A stretch of 64,000 nucleotides of DNA, taken from NCBI GenBank assembly GCA_021827745.1, contig JAKAUI010000037.1:6742-70741 (forward strand). The letters are read 5' to 3'. A program made the position numbers and the translations under genes. Below the pieces are notes generated by a model. The model was not told the origin of the DNA, searched no databases, and saw only the letters and a list, made by a program, of their open reading frames with translations. This document shows positions 1 through 9,702 of this stretch, piece after piece; the stretch's first letter is position 1, and each line of letters starts with the position of its first letter. Origin of the DNA: Bacillota bacterium. GTDB lineage: Bacteria > Bacillota > Sulfobacillia > JAJZYS01 > JAJZLH01.

Positions 1-259
1 GGCCGTCGAAGGAGACAGCCGGCAGACCCGATGGGGCGTGTCCGAGTGGATACGCCACCATCGGCAGAGACACCGTGTTGATGTCGTTGTCGATGGCGAT
101 CTTCACGAGATAGGGCTGGACGATGGTCGAGGCCGTGACGATCACGGTCAAGAACAGGGCCAGCACGATCCACCAGAACTGCGGACGGGCGTAGCTGAGG
201 AGCCGCCGCATCAGGCGGGTGTCGTACGCCTTGCCGAGTGCCTCCTCTTCCCGGATCAT
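1..259 (-). CDS. ABC exporter ATP-binding/permease, second subunit of a heterodimer (YheH/MdlB-like), 5' part only
   Basis: ATG at 259 overlaps the upstream gene's stop (ATGA). Reads MIREEEALGKAYDTRLMRRLLSYARPQ followed by a TM helix, and runs off the window edge. Confidence 0.85.
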   Translation of the reverse strand, partial: MIREEEALGKAYDTRLMRRLLSYARPQFWWIVLALFLTVIVTASTIVQPYLVKIAIDNDINTVSLPMVAYPLGHAPSGLPAVSFDG

Positions 260-2025
260 GCGCCCCGTCCCTCGGGCGATCCACCCACCCGGTCCTCCAG
301 CAGCTGGCGCTGGTAGAGGCGGGAGTAGAAGCCCTTTTTCGCAAGCAGCTCGGCATGCGTGCCCTGCTCGATCACCCGGCCGTCTTCCAGCACCAGGATC
401 AGGTCGGCATGTTTGATGGTGGAGACCCGATGGGCGACCAAGAGGGTGGTCCGGTTCTGGCGCAGGTCGAGCAGGCCGCGCAGAATGGTCTCCTCGGTGT
501 AGGTGTCCACCGCCGAGAAGCTGTCGTCCAGGATCAGGACCTGAGCGGTCTTAGCGAGGGCCCGGGCCAGGGAGACGCGCTGCTTCTGACCGCCCGACAA
601 GGTGACGCCGCGCTCGCCGAGCAGCGTCTCGAAGCCGTCTGGGAACTGCAGGATCTCGCCCTTGACGGCCGCATCGGCGGCGGCCTGCTCGACGATGTCG
701 CGCCCAAGCTCCGAGTCGGAGAAGGCGATGTTCTGGGCGATCGACTCCGAGAACAGGAAGTTGTCCGGCGGGACGTAGGCGATGGTCTGGCGCAGGGTGA
801 GCAGGGGCAGATCGAGGATGTCGATCTGGTCCACGAAGACGGTGCCGGGCGGCGGATCGAACACCCTGAGCAACAGGTTGATGATGGTCGACTTTCCGGC
901 GCCGGTGCGACCGATCAGGGCCAGCGTCCGGCCAGCGGCCAGGTCGACCGACACGTCGGCGATGGCCGGCCGGTTGGAGTCGGGATAGGAGAAGGTGAGA
1001 TGGGAGATGGTGAGCGCACCGCTGAGCGGGGTCTCGGGTGCCACCGCTCCCGGGCGGTCCGTGATCTCGGGCCGCTCTGAGAAGATCTCCTGCAGGCGCT
1101 GAAGAGAGGCCCCGGACCGTTGGATCAGATTGACCAGCTGGCCGATCGACTGCATCGGCCAGTTGAGCAGCCCCAGGTAGCTGGTGAAGGCCACGAAGGA
1201 GCCGAGGCTGATCGTGTTGCGCACGACCAGGATGCCGCCGTAGACGAGGGCGATGACGAAGGCCAGTCCCTGGATGAACTGGACCAAAGGCTGGATCAGC
1301 GCCCAGATCCGGACCAGGTTCATGTTCCTGGCGAAGTACTCCTGGCTGTGGCCCATCAGCCGATCCAGCTCGGGCCCCTCCTGGACGAAGCTCTTCACCA
1401 CCCGGATGCCGGAGAAGTTCTCCTGGACGTGCTCGGACAGGGTCGAGAACTGGTCTTGGACCGCCCGAAATCGCAGGTGGATCTGGCGGCCGAGCAGGCC
1501 GGTGACCAGAGCGGCCAACGGCAGCGGCAGAAGGGCGAAGGTGGCAAGGGAGGGGGAGATCGTGGCGAACATGATGATCAGGGTTGAGGTGATCAGAAAG
1601 GCCGTGTCGGCGATCATCACCACACCCATGCTCAGCGCCATGCGCACGGCCTGGAGGTCGTTGGTGGCGTGCGCCATCAGGTCGCCTGTCTTGTGGTGGT
1701 TGAAGTAGTTGGGGGAGAGCAGGGTGAACTGGTGGAAGAGGTCCTGGCGCATCTCGAAGTCGATCAGGCGGGCGGCCCCCTGGACGAAGTTGCGCCACAG
1801 GAAGCGGGTGGCGAAGATGATCACGGCCAGCACCACCAGGGCGACGGCATAAGGCCAGAGATCCGCCTGGACGGCTCCGGCCTGCTGGACCGTATTCACA
1901 AACCGCTTCAGCACCTGAGGCAGGACCAGCTGGGCCAGATCGGCGCCGAGCAGGGCTCCGACGCCGAAGACGTAGAACCAGCGGTGGCGGCGAAAGTAGG
2001 GAATCAGGGCTCGAAAATGACGCAA
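256..2025 (-). CDS. ABC exporter ATP-binding/permease (YheI/MdlA-like)
   Basis: TM domain plus Walker A GRTGAGKS, LSGGQKQR and ILDD. TTG at 2025 follows a GAGAGGAAGG RBS; the track ORF extends to 2085. Confidence 0.93.
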   Translation of the reverse strand: MRHFRALIPYFRRHRWFYVFGVGALLGADLAQLVLPQVLKRFVNTVQQAGAVQADLWPYAVALVVLAVIIFATRFLWRNFVQGAARLIDFEMRQDLFHQFTLLSPNYFNHHKTGDLMAHATNDLQAVRMALSMGVVMIADTAFLITSTLIIMFATISPSLATFALLPLPLAALVTGLLGRQIHLRFRAVQDQFSTLSEHVQENFSGIRVVKSFVQEGPELDRLMGHSQEYFARNMNLVRIWALIQPLVQFIQGLAFVIALVYGGILVVRNTISLGSFVAFTSYLGLLNWPMQSIGQLVNLIQRSGASLQRLQEIFSERPEITDRPGAVAPETPLSGALTISHLTFSYPDSNRPAIADVSVDLAAGRTLALIGRTGAGKSTIINLLLRVFDPPPGTVFVDQIDILDLPLLTLRQTIAYVPPDNFLFSESIAQNIAFSDSELGRDIVEQAAADAAVKGEILQFPDGFETLLGERGVTLSGGQKQRVSLARALAKTAQVLILDDSFSAVDTYTEETILRGLLDLRQNRTTLLVAHRVSTIKHADLILVLEDGRVIEQGTHAELLAKKGFYSRLYQRQLLEDRVGGSPEGRGA

Positions 2026-2132
2026 GTCGGCCTTCCTCTCCAAACCTAAAAAGGTGGGGAACCAAATCTCACCAGCGATCGTCATTATACCGGATCACAG
2101 GGCTTGGATGTGGCCACGAAGGAGGCGGGGCG

Positions 2133-2942
2133 GTGAGTTGGCAGGAGATTTGGCACCAGGGACTGGGCTGCTCGCCGGAGCGGGTCGGTCTGATGCGCGC
2201 AGGTGAGGCAGGGCTCACCTTTCAGTGGCCGGAGACGACCTTGCCCGAGACCACGGCCTATTTGGAGGCCCTTGACCAAGTCGGATCGGCCTGCACTGTG
2301 GCGCCGGTCGCTGACCCGGAAGCCTCTGGCGCCCAACTGATCTCCACACTCGGCGGCATCGGAGCGCCGGTGGTGGCGCTTTTGGGCCGGGGGACCGGCG
2401 CCACCACACTCGCCTGGGAACTGGCCTGCCACTGGCAGGCTGGAGGACGGAAGATCGGCGTGCTGGACTTGGATGTGCGCCATCCCGGCCTGTTCCCAGT
2501 GGCGGGCGTCGACGGCCGACCGGCGGTGATCGGGCGGGCGATTGTGCCTAGGGCGGCGCATGGGGTGCGGCTTTTGGGCCTCACTGCCTTCTTGCCGCAG
2601 AATCGGCCGCCGGTCGCCCGGGGTCCAGACCTGGAGCGGATGTGCCGCACCTTTCGCGACGACGCTCTATGGCAGGGGCTCGACCTGATGCTGGTCGATC
2701 TGCCGGACCTGCCGGAGGTGGCGGCGATGCAGGCGGCTCTGTTTTCGGTGCGCCAGACGGTCCGTCTGATCGGACCGCTGGAACCAGAGCCAGCAGAGGC
2801 TCCGGAAGGGCAGGACATCGTCTTTAGGTTGGGCCGCGACCTGCCGATCGACCCTGAGCTGGCCCTTGGCGGGTCACCCGGAGCCCGGTATCGAAGGGCA
2901 GTGTCCAGTCTCGCCGAGCGGATCTGGGCGGCCGTCGGCTGA
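2133..2942 (+). CDS. Degenerate Mrp/NBP35/MinD-like P-loop protein
   Basis: GGAGG RBS. KIGVLDLD, W.GLDLMLVDLP and LPIDP segments resemble Mrp, but Walker A is degenerate (GRGTGATT). Confidence 0.65.
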   Translation: MSWQEIWHQGLGCSPERVGLMRAGEAGLTFQWPETTLPETTAYLEALDQVGSACTVAPVADPEASGAQLISTLGGIGAPVVALLGRGTGATTLAWELACHWQAGGRKIGVLDLDVRHPGLFPVAGVDGRPAVIGRAIVPRAAHGVRLLGLTAFLPQNRPPVARGPDLERMCRTFRDDALWQGLDLMLVDLPDLPEVAAMQAALFSVRQTVRLIGPLEPEPAEAPEGQDIVFRLGRDLPIDPELALGGSPGARYRRAVSSLAERIWAAVG

Positions 2943-3032
2943 GCGGGTGTCGGGAGGAAAATTCGCCACCATCTGGAAATATGTTGATCTTTCCGTGCCG
3001 CCATCAGGTCGAGCGGGTGAGGGGCGTACCGT

Positions 3033-4256
3033 TTGGATCTCTTGCGAAATCGCAATTTCCTGCTGCTGACGCTGTCGCGCAACATCTCTCGATTCGGCGA
3101 TCGGTTCACCTTGGCGGCCCTGCTCATCCTGGTCGTCCAGATCAGCCATGGCTCACCGATTGACATCGCGCTGATCGGCGCCGCCTCGCTTGCTCCGAGC
3201 GCTCTGCTCGGGTGGTTCATCGGTCCCTTGGTCGACCGGATGGAGCGGCGCACCTCGATGCTCTTTGCGGACCTGGTCCGCTTCGTGGCAGTAGGCGCCA
3301 TGTTCTTCGCCCCCAATCTGCCCACCCTGATGGTGCTCGCCTTTGTGGCAAACGGCGTTTGGGAGTTCTATCGGGCCGCCTACCAGGCGGTGCTGCCGGT
3401 GGTGGTGGGAGCGGACGACCAGCTGACCCGGGCCCATGGCCTGGACCAGAGTCTGGCCAACGGCATCGACGTGGTCGGCTATCTCTTGGTCGGACTGTTC
3501 ATCCTGATCGCCGGGGTCCGCCCCGCCTTCTTGATCGACGCCGCCACCTTCCTCGCCTCGGCGGTGCTGATTCGCTCATTCAGCGTTCGAATCAAGGCCC
3601 CTGGCCCCAAGGACGGCCCAGGCTACCTGGCTGAGCTGAAGGCCGGGCTGGCGGCGGTCTCTGGCCAGCCGCTGACCCGGGTCCTCTTGGGCCAGATCGC
3701 CATCGCCTGCCTGCCGATCGGCGCCTTCAACGCCCTGCTCGTCCTGCTCCTGCCGGACGTCTTTCACGTCTCGGCCACGCTGTATCCCTATCTGCCTGCG
3801 GTGCAGGGGATCTCCATGGTGCTGGGCGGCATGCTGATGACGCGCTATCCGAGCGCTGTGGCCCGCCGGCACCTGATCAACATCGGCCTGGCAGGCACCG
3901 GACTGATCACCGCCCTGCTCGGGGTGGTCCCCTCGTTTGTGGCCGCCCTTGGTCTCTATTTCATGATGGGATTCTTCAACATCGCCTTTCTGGTGCCGCT
4001 GCTCACCTGGTACCAAAAGAGCTTCGACTCCAAGGTGCGCGGTCGAGCGATGGCGATCTATGCTGCCGCCACCAGCCTGGCGCTCCTGGTGGCGACGCTG
4101 GTGGCGGGCCCGCTCGCCCAGGCGATCGGAGTCGGCCGCACCGTCCTGCTCTCTGGCCTGCTGTTCATGGCGGTGGGCCTGGCCGGTTACCTGACGCCTG
4201 CGACCCGCAGTCAGCCGGTTCAGCCGGCCAAGGCCGAGGCGCCCCAAGGGGGGTAA
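3033..4256 (+). CDS. MFS transporter (DHA3-like)
   Basis: About 12 hydrophobic segments, motif A GPLVDRMERR and RGRAMA. Confidence 0.9.
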   Translation: MDLLRNRNFLLLTLSRNISRFGDRFTLAALLILVVQISHGSPIDIALIGAASLAPSALLGWFIGPLVDRMERRTSMLFADLVRFVAVGAMFFAPNLPTLMVLAFVANGVWEFYRAAYQAVLPVVVGADDQLTRAHGLDQSLANGIDVVGYLLVGLFILIAGVRPAFLIDAATFLASAVLIRSFSVRIKAPGPKDGPGYLAELKAGLAAVSGQPLTRVLLGQIAIACLPIGAFNALLVLLLPDVFHVSATLYPYLPAVQGISMVLGGMLMTRYPSAVARRHLINIGLAGTGLITALLGVVPSFVAALGLYFMMGFFNIAFLVPLLTWYQKSFDSKVRGRAMAIYAAATSLALLVATLVAGPLAQAIGVGRTVLLSGLLFMAVGLAGYLTPATRSQPVQPAKAEAPQGG

Positions 4257-4322
4257 GCGGCAGGCAACGGCGAACCCCCTCCTGCCGGCTGATGGCGCTC
4301 TGATCTGAGGAGGGTTCACCGC

Positions 4323-5261
4323 TTGCCGCTCGCACAACTGTCCAGTGCCATGTCCAAGGTCGCCTGGGGCCGCGAGACTGTGGTCGAGCGAGTCCTGGTC
4401 GCCCTCTTGGCTGAGGGCCACCTCTTGATCGACGACGTGCCCGGGGTGGGTAAGACCACCCTCGTCCGCGGGCTGGCCCAGAGTCTCGACCTGACCAACC
4501 GCCGCCTGCAGTTCACGCCGGATCTGTTGCCCTCTGACGTGACCGGATTCACCTTCTACGACGGCAAGACCCAGAGCTTCCTGTTCCGGCCCGGCCCGGT
4601 GTTCTGCAACCTGCTCCTGGCCGACGAGATCAACCGCACCTCGCCCAAGACCCAGTCGAGCCTGCTGGAGGCGATGGAGGAGCGCCAAGTCACCGTGGAC
4701 GGGCAGGTGTATCCCCTGCCGCGGCCGTTCATGGTGGTCGCGACCGAAAATCCCATCGAGTACGAGGGAACGTTTGCCCTGCCGGAGGCGCAGCTGGACC
4801 GCTTTTTGCTGCGCATCCGGGTCGGCTATCCTGACGCACCGGACGAACGCCAGGCGATGCAGGCGGAGGGAGAGCGCCAGCGCCCGCCGCTGCTACCGGC
4901 CGTGATGTCGGCCCAAGAACTGGAGATCGCCGCCCAGGAGAGCGGCCGGATTCCAGTGTCCGATCAGGTGGCGGAGTACGCCCACGCGGTGGTCAAGGCC
5001 ACCCGCGAGCACCCCGCCCTGCGCCTGGGCGTGAGCCCGCGCGGCGCCATCGCCTGGATCCGGGCCAGCCGAGCGCTGGCCTACTTGCGTCAGGCGGCCT
5101 TCGTCACGCCAGACCACCTGAGAGACCTGGCGGCCGAGACGCTGGCGCATCGCCTGCTCCTGCGTCCGGAGCCGATTGCCCAAGGGTTGACGGCAGCAGA
5201 CGTGGTGGCTCAGGTGGTGAACGCTGTGCCGCTTCCAGGGGCGGCGCGGCGACTGGGGTGA
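4323..5261 (+). CDS. MoxR-family AAA+ ATPase
   Basis: DVPGVGKT, LQFTPDLLPSD, LLADEINR, FALPEAQLDRF. Confidence 0.95.
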   Translation: MPLAQLSSAMSKVAWGRETVVERVLVALLAEGHLLIDDVPGVGKTTLVRGLAQSLDLTNRRLQFTPDLLPSDVTGFTFYDGKTQSFLFRPGPVFCNLLLADEINRTSPKTQSSLLEAMEERQVTVDGQVYPLPRPFMVVATENPIEYEGTFALPEAQLDRFLLRIRVGYPDAPDERQAMQAEGERQRPPLLPAVMSAQELEIAAQESGRIPVSDQVAEYAHAVVKATREHPALRLGVSPRGAIAWIRASRALAYLRQAAFVTPDHLRDLAAETLAHRLLLRPEPIAQGLTAADVVAQVVNAVPLPGAARRLG

Positions 5262-6304
5262 GATCCAGGCGCCAGTCCTGGCTGATCGCCGTGGCTGTGC
5301 TCCTTGCCATCCTGTTCAGCCAGCTGTTCCCGGGAAACGTGTGGGGCGATCTGTTGCGGGTGGCGGCCCTGATCTCGCTTCTGGCGGCCGCTTGCCATCT
5401 GCTCCAGCCCAGAGGCGAACTCAGACTGCGCGTCGATCCGGCCATGCCGGCGGCGGGGCGGCCGTTTCGGATGACGGCCCACCTCAGGGCATCGGTCCCT
5501 GGCTTCTATCAGGTGGCCTTGCAGGCGCCCGACGAGATGGCGGCGGCGCACGGCTGGGCCTGGAGCCGGGAGGCGGTGTTCGCCATACCGCTCAGGGTGC
5601 TGGGCAGGGGCGAGCACACCTTCTATCTCGCAGACCGTTATCAGGACCCCTTCGGTCTGTTCGAACGGCACCTAGTGCGCGAGGCGCGGGCGACGGTGCG
5701 GGTGCGGCCTGCCACGGTCGACGTGGACCCCCTGCGCATCTTTGGGCCGCTGTCCGTGCTCGGATCTAGCGTCAGCGCCGCCGACGACGATCCGGCCGGA
5801 GCCAGGCGGTGGCAGCCGGGAGATCGGCTGGCCCGCGTGCACTGGCCGCAGACCACCCGTCTGGGCGAGGTGCAGGTGCGGGAGGCCTGGCACCGCACCA
5901 GCCTGCCCTGCCTGGTCGGGCTGGACACCCGGCGCACATCCTACGCCAGCCCAGATGGCTTCGAGATGGCGGTCTCACTGGCCGCCTCCGTCACCTTTGC
6001 CATGGTCCGGCGCCGCCTATTGGTCTCGCTCTTTGTCGGCGGCCGCCAAGTGACCGTCCAGGAGCTAAAGGAGCAGGTGCTGTGGGACCTCTTCATCCGG
6101 CTTAGGGCGGACGGGACGGCGCGGCCGCTGCCGCAGTCTACGCTGGGGAGCCTGCCGCTCGTGATCAGCGGCAGCAGGATCCCGGAGTCGAGCGGGCACT
6201 ACCGCCTGTGGTGCACCGAGCCCGGCGGAGCGGCCAATGCTGTCCAGCTGCTGGCCCTCGCCGATCTCCTGGACCAGGGACGTCGCCAGCGGTGGGCGCA
6301 GTGA
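5258..6304 (+). CDS. DUF58 domain protein
   Basis: DPFGLF and R.WQPGD.LARVHW motifs. Lies between moxR and a transglutaminase gene with GTGA overlaps. Confidence 0.85.
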   Translation: MRSRRQSWLIAVAVLLAILFSQLFPGNVWGDLLRVAALISLLAAACHLLQPRGELRLRVDPAMPAAGRPFRMTAHLRASVPGFYQVALQAPDEMAAAHGWAWSREAVFAIPLRVLGRGEHTFYLADRYQDPFGLFERHLVREARATVRVRPATVDVDPLRIFGPLSVLGSSVSAADDDPAGARRWQPGDRLARVHWPQTTRLGEVQVREAWHRTSLPCLVGLDTRRTSYASPDGFEMAVSLAASVTFAMVRRRLLVSLFVGGRQVTVQELKEQVLWDLFIRLRADGTARPLPQSTLGSLPLVISGSRIPESSGHYRLWCTEPGGAANAVQLLALADLLDQGRRQRWAQ

Positions 6305-8340
6305 GCCGCCGCCTGCTCGGAGCGCTCTGGCCCCTGCCGGCGCTTCTGGCGCTCTTGTCGGCCGGCGGTGCCGTGCCGACCGTGACCTTGCTCGGCTTCG
6401 CGCTGGGCACGGTGGCCCTCTCTGCCGTGCCGCACACCTGGTGGCGGCTGGCCGCCCGCCTGGCCTGGCTCGCGCTCTTCCTCGGACTGCGTCTCGGTCT
6501 CGGCACCCATCCTCTGACGGTGAGCGCGCTCGGGCTTCTGCACCATCTGGCCGACGGAAACTGGGGCCGGCTGAGCTCCGCTCAGGCCAGCATCCTGTTC
6601 GAAGTGGCCGCCACCACGCTGGTGGCGATCGAGGAGGTGACGGTGGGGCTTGGCCTGCGCCTGATCGAACTCTTGGTCAACGTCGCCGCCCTGGCCCTGG
6701 CCAAGGAAGTGAGCGGCCATGTCACCTGGGCGCTTTTTGCGACCTTCGCCCTCTGGCTGGCCGTGCGCCGTGCCGATCTCAGCGGATGGGGCAAAGACCG
6801 CCACTGGACCTGGGTCGGTGCCCTGTCCAGCGTTCTGATTCTGATCACCCTGCTTGTGGCTCCGGCGCCTGAGGCGGTCGGTGCGCTGCAGGGCGGCAAC
6901 GGGCCGAGGGCGCTGACGACGGTGGAGCCGGTGACGGCCCTGACGCAGGCCCCCGAGCTCAGCCACCAGATCCTGTTCACGGCCCGCGGCGCGCTGCCGC
7001 TGTACTGGACGCTCTATGTCTCGACCTACTACACAGGGCAGGGCTGGACCAACTCGCTGCCGCCGCCGACCACCTACCCGGCGGCCCTTCCGCCGCAGGA
7101 GCTGGTGCTCGCCAACCAGAGCACGGCCAAGTCCGTCTCGGGTCAGCTGAGCGCAACCGAGACCGTCCACCTGCTGACCAATCTGCCCTATGCCCCGGTG
7201 CAGGGCGTGCCCGAGGGACTGAGCACATCGCACTCGGCCCTCTGGTTTCCGCAGCAGCAGGCCTTTTCGGTCGGCGGCACGACCTACACCGTGACGGCAA
7301 GTGTGCCGAAGTTCTCGGCCCAGGCCCTCGCCTCGAGCACACTGACCCTCAACCCGGCCGCCTGGGCGTCCTCCCCCTACCTGCAGCTGCCGAGCGAGCT
7401 GCCGCAGCCGGTGATCCGGCTCGCCCACCAGATCGTGAAGGGCGTGGGTCCAAACATCTACCTGCGGGTGATGGCGATCATCCACTACCTGCAGTCGCAC
7501 GAGCACTACACGCTGAGCTACCCGCCGGACGGCGGCCAGGACTTCGTCTACCACTTCCTGTTCGTCTCGCACCAGGGCGACTGCAATGCGTTCTCATCCT
7601 CGCTGGCGGTGCTGGCCAGGGCGGTCGGCATCCCCACCCGCCTGGTGGTCGGGTTCACCGGCGGTCAGCAGGTGGCCGGTCTGGATGTGGTGCGCGGCAC
7701 GGACGCCCACAGCTGGGTTCAGGTCTACATGCCCGGCTTTCCCCAGGTCACGAGCTGGACGGCCTTGGGGTTCGTGAGCGCCAATTCAGGGCTGCCGTTC
7801 GCCAATCCGTACGCAACGCTGTCCGGTCAGTCGTCGTCCGCCTCTGGCTGGCTCCCGATCGACCCGACGCCTGGCTTCGGCGTCGGGCTGCCGAGCCCGG
7901 GCCAGTCCTTGCCAGCCTATGTGGCCGCCGGTCAGGCCGCCGCGGCCAAGACCACCACGACCAAGAAGACCCGGGTGGTGCAGATCCACCAGACCCTGAA
8001 CGCCCTCTCCGGTCAGCATGCCCGATCCCAGGCCCACCCGCTGCCGCTCGCCGCCATGGGGGCGGGGCTTGTGGCACTGGCGGCGGCCGCCTGGCTGGCC
8101 GTGGGCCGGATCAGGAGGCTGAGGGCCGTCGCCTGGATGGCCCGTCGCCCCTGGCGCTGGCAGCAGACCGCCCGCCAGTGGCTGGGAAAGGACGCGCCGG
8201 AACTGGCGCGCTGGCTGGAGGTGCGTCTGTACGCGCCCGCCCAGGTGCCGTCGGGCGGATTCGCCCTGGCCAGGGCAGATCTGGTCCGCCTGCTCGGCGC
8301 CCGTCAGCCCCTGCTCGCCTGGCTGGCCTACCTCACCTAG
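6301..8340 (+). CDS. Membrane transglutaminase-like (TgpA-type) protein
   Basis: N-terminal TMs, catalytic GDCNAF, AHSWVQ and IDPTPG, and a C-terminal TM. GTG overlaps the DUF58 stop. Confidence 0.88.
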   Translation: MSRRLLGALWPLPALLALLSAGGAVPTVTLLGFALGTVALSAVPHTWWRLAARLAWLALFLGLRLGLGTHPLTVSALGLLHHLADGNWGRLSSAQASILFEVAATTLVAIEEVTVGLGLRLIELLVNVAALALAKEVSGHVTWALFATFALWLAVRRADLSGWGKDRHWTWVGALSSVLILITLLVAPAPEAVGALQGGNGPRALTTVEPVTALTQAPELSHQILFTARGALPLYWTLYVSTYYTGQGWTNSLPPPTTYPAALPPQELVLANQSTAKSVSGQLSATETVHLLTNLPYAPVQGVPEGLSTSHSALWFPQQQAFSVGGTTYTVTASVPKFSAQALASSTLTLNPAAWASSPYLQLPSELPQPVIRLAHQIVKGVGPNIYLRVMAIIHYLQSHEHYTLSYPPDGGQDFVYHFLFVSHQGDCNAFSSSLAVLARAVGIPTRLVVGFTGGQQVAGLDVVRGTDAHSWVQVYMPGFPQVTSWTALGFVSANSGLPFANPYATLSGQSSSASGWLPIDPTPGFGVGLPSPGQSLPAYVAAGQAAAAKTTTTKKTRVVQIHQTLNALSGQHARSQAHPLPLAAMGAGLVALAAAAWLAVGRIRRLRAVAWMARRPWRWQQTARQWLGKDAPELARWLEVRLYAPAQVPSGGFALARADLVRLLGARQPLLAWLAYLT

Positions 8341-8356
8341 CGGGATGTGGCGCCGG

Positions 8357-8839
8357 CTAGAGATCCGGAAGTCGGTGGCCGCGCATCGGGCGGCCGACGG
8401 CCAGCTTGGTCAGCCGGTGCAGTTCCTGGACCATCTGCCGGAGCTGAAACGCCTCGTATGGCGTGGTGGCGGCGATGGTGACGATCACCTGCACGCCGAC
8501 CTGCTCCACGGCGACGGCCGCAAGGCCGTTTTGGCGCAACGAGCCGAGGAAGTGGTCGACCAAGGGACCCGGGCCGTCAAAGTCGTAGCTCACGTATTCG
8601 GTGCTGACCGTTGGCTCGATCCGGTCCAGAGCCGACCCCAGCGCATCGCCCGGGCCCAGGATCTCCTGGCAGCGCACGAAGAGCTCTAGCACCTCTTCGT
8701 CGCCCTCCAGGAGCAGGCTGTCGCAGACGTCTTCGCCGTCTTGGCCGAAGGGCCAGCGTTGTCCCTGGTCGGTCAGGGCGAGCAGGCGGTCAAAGGAGCG
8801 GGCATCGAGCGCCGCCCTTAGGCGCTCCAGATCCGTCAT
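8357..8839 (-). CDS. Hypothetical protein
   Basis: 160-aa ORF with a GAGGGGGGAG RBS and normal composition; no family recognised. Confidence 0.7.
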   Translation of the reverse strand: MTDLERLRAALDARSFDRLLALTDQGQRWPFGQDGEDVCDSLLLEGDEEVLELFVRCQEILGPGDALGSALDRIEPTVSTEYVSYDFDGPGPLVDHFLGSLRQNGLAAVAVEQVGVQVIVTIAATTPYEAFQLRQMVQELHRLTKLAVGRPMRGHRLPDL

Positions 8840-8901
8840 CAGGCTCCCCCCTCGGTTGGGCCATCCAGGGCACCGTCCCGTTGCACGAGCGCCTCTGCCC
8901 T

Positions 8902-9702
8902 CTAGCCTACAGTCCTGGTCAAGATGTCCAAGAGCTCGCCGTGCACTAGGCGGCCGGCGGCCACGATGCCGCCCCGCTCCAGGGTGCGCGGCCCTCCCGC
9001 CCAGTCGGTCACGGTGCCGCCGGCCTCTGTCACCAGGAGGCGGCCGGCGGCGAAGTCCCAGGGCTCCAGGTCGCCCTCGAAAAAGGCGTCCAGCCGACCC
9101 TCGGCCACCTGGGCCAGCTCCAGGGCAGCCGCCCCGGGAATCCTGAGGTCGTGGCAGGCCTGCCAGACTCGGGCCAGCGGCGAGAAGACGTCAGAGGGCC
9201 GATCCTTGTCGTACGGCGTGCCGCAGGCGACCAGGGCGTTGGCCAAAGACGTCACCGTCGAGCCGTGGATCTGAGTGCCGTCGACGAAGGCGCCGTGCTG
9301 CCGCCAGGCGGTATAGCGCCGCTGTCCGAACACATCCTGAACGCCGGCCAAGATGGGGCCTGCATCGTCTGCGAGCGCCACCGAGATCGCCACGTAGCGG
9401 ACACCGTGCACCAGATTGGAGGTCCCGTCCACCGGATCGACCAGCCAGCGAAGTGGTCCCTGGGCGGGTGTGCTCTGGCCCTCCTCCTCAGCCACCACCA
9501 CGCTGCCCGGCAGCAGGCCGATGAGGCGGGGGATCAAGAAGCGCTGCACGGCGAGATCGGCATCTGTCACCAGGTCGGCCGGGCCCTTGTGCCGGACTTG
9601 GGCGGTCGGTCCCCAGGCGTGCTCCAAGACCTGGACGGCTTCGCCCAGGAGGTTTGAGACCTCGGCCAAGAGGGCCTGGGGGTCGAAGTCAGCGCTGGCC
9701 AT
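8902..9702 (-). CDS. Inositol monophosphatase family protein
   Basis: DLVTDAD, AEE, WLVDPVDGTSN, WDFAAG. Confidence 0.93.
   Translation of the reverse strand: MASADFDPQALLAEVSNLLGEAVQVLEHAWGPTAQVRHKGPADLVTDADLAVQRFLIPRLIGLLPGSVVVAEEEGQSTPAQGPLRWLVDPVDGTSNLVHGVRYVAISVALADDAGPILAGVQDVFGQRRYTAWRQHGAFVDGTQIHGSTVTSLANALVACGTPYDKDRPSDVFSPLARVWQACHDLRIPGAAALELAQVAEGRLDAFFEGDLEPWDFAAGRLLVTEAGGTVTDWAGGPRTLERGGIVAAGRLVHGELLDILTRTVG

Noticed and set aside
551-2065. Long alternative-frame and antisense ORFs here and throughout (e.g. 37199-38806, 60906-62405)
   Set aside because: Stop-poor shadow frames typical of high-GC DNA, with no motifs.
4323-8340. MoxR-DUF58-transglutaminase as a novel system
   Set aside because: This is a widespread, already recognised operon; only the core insertion is notable.
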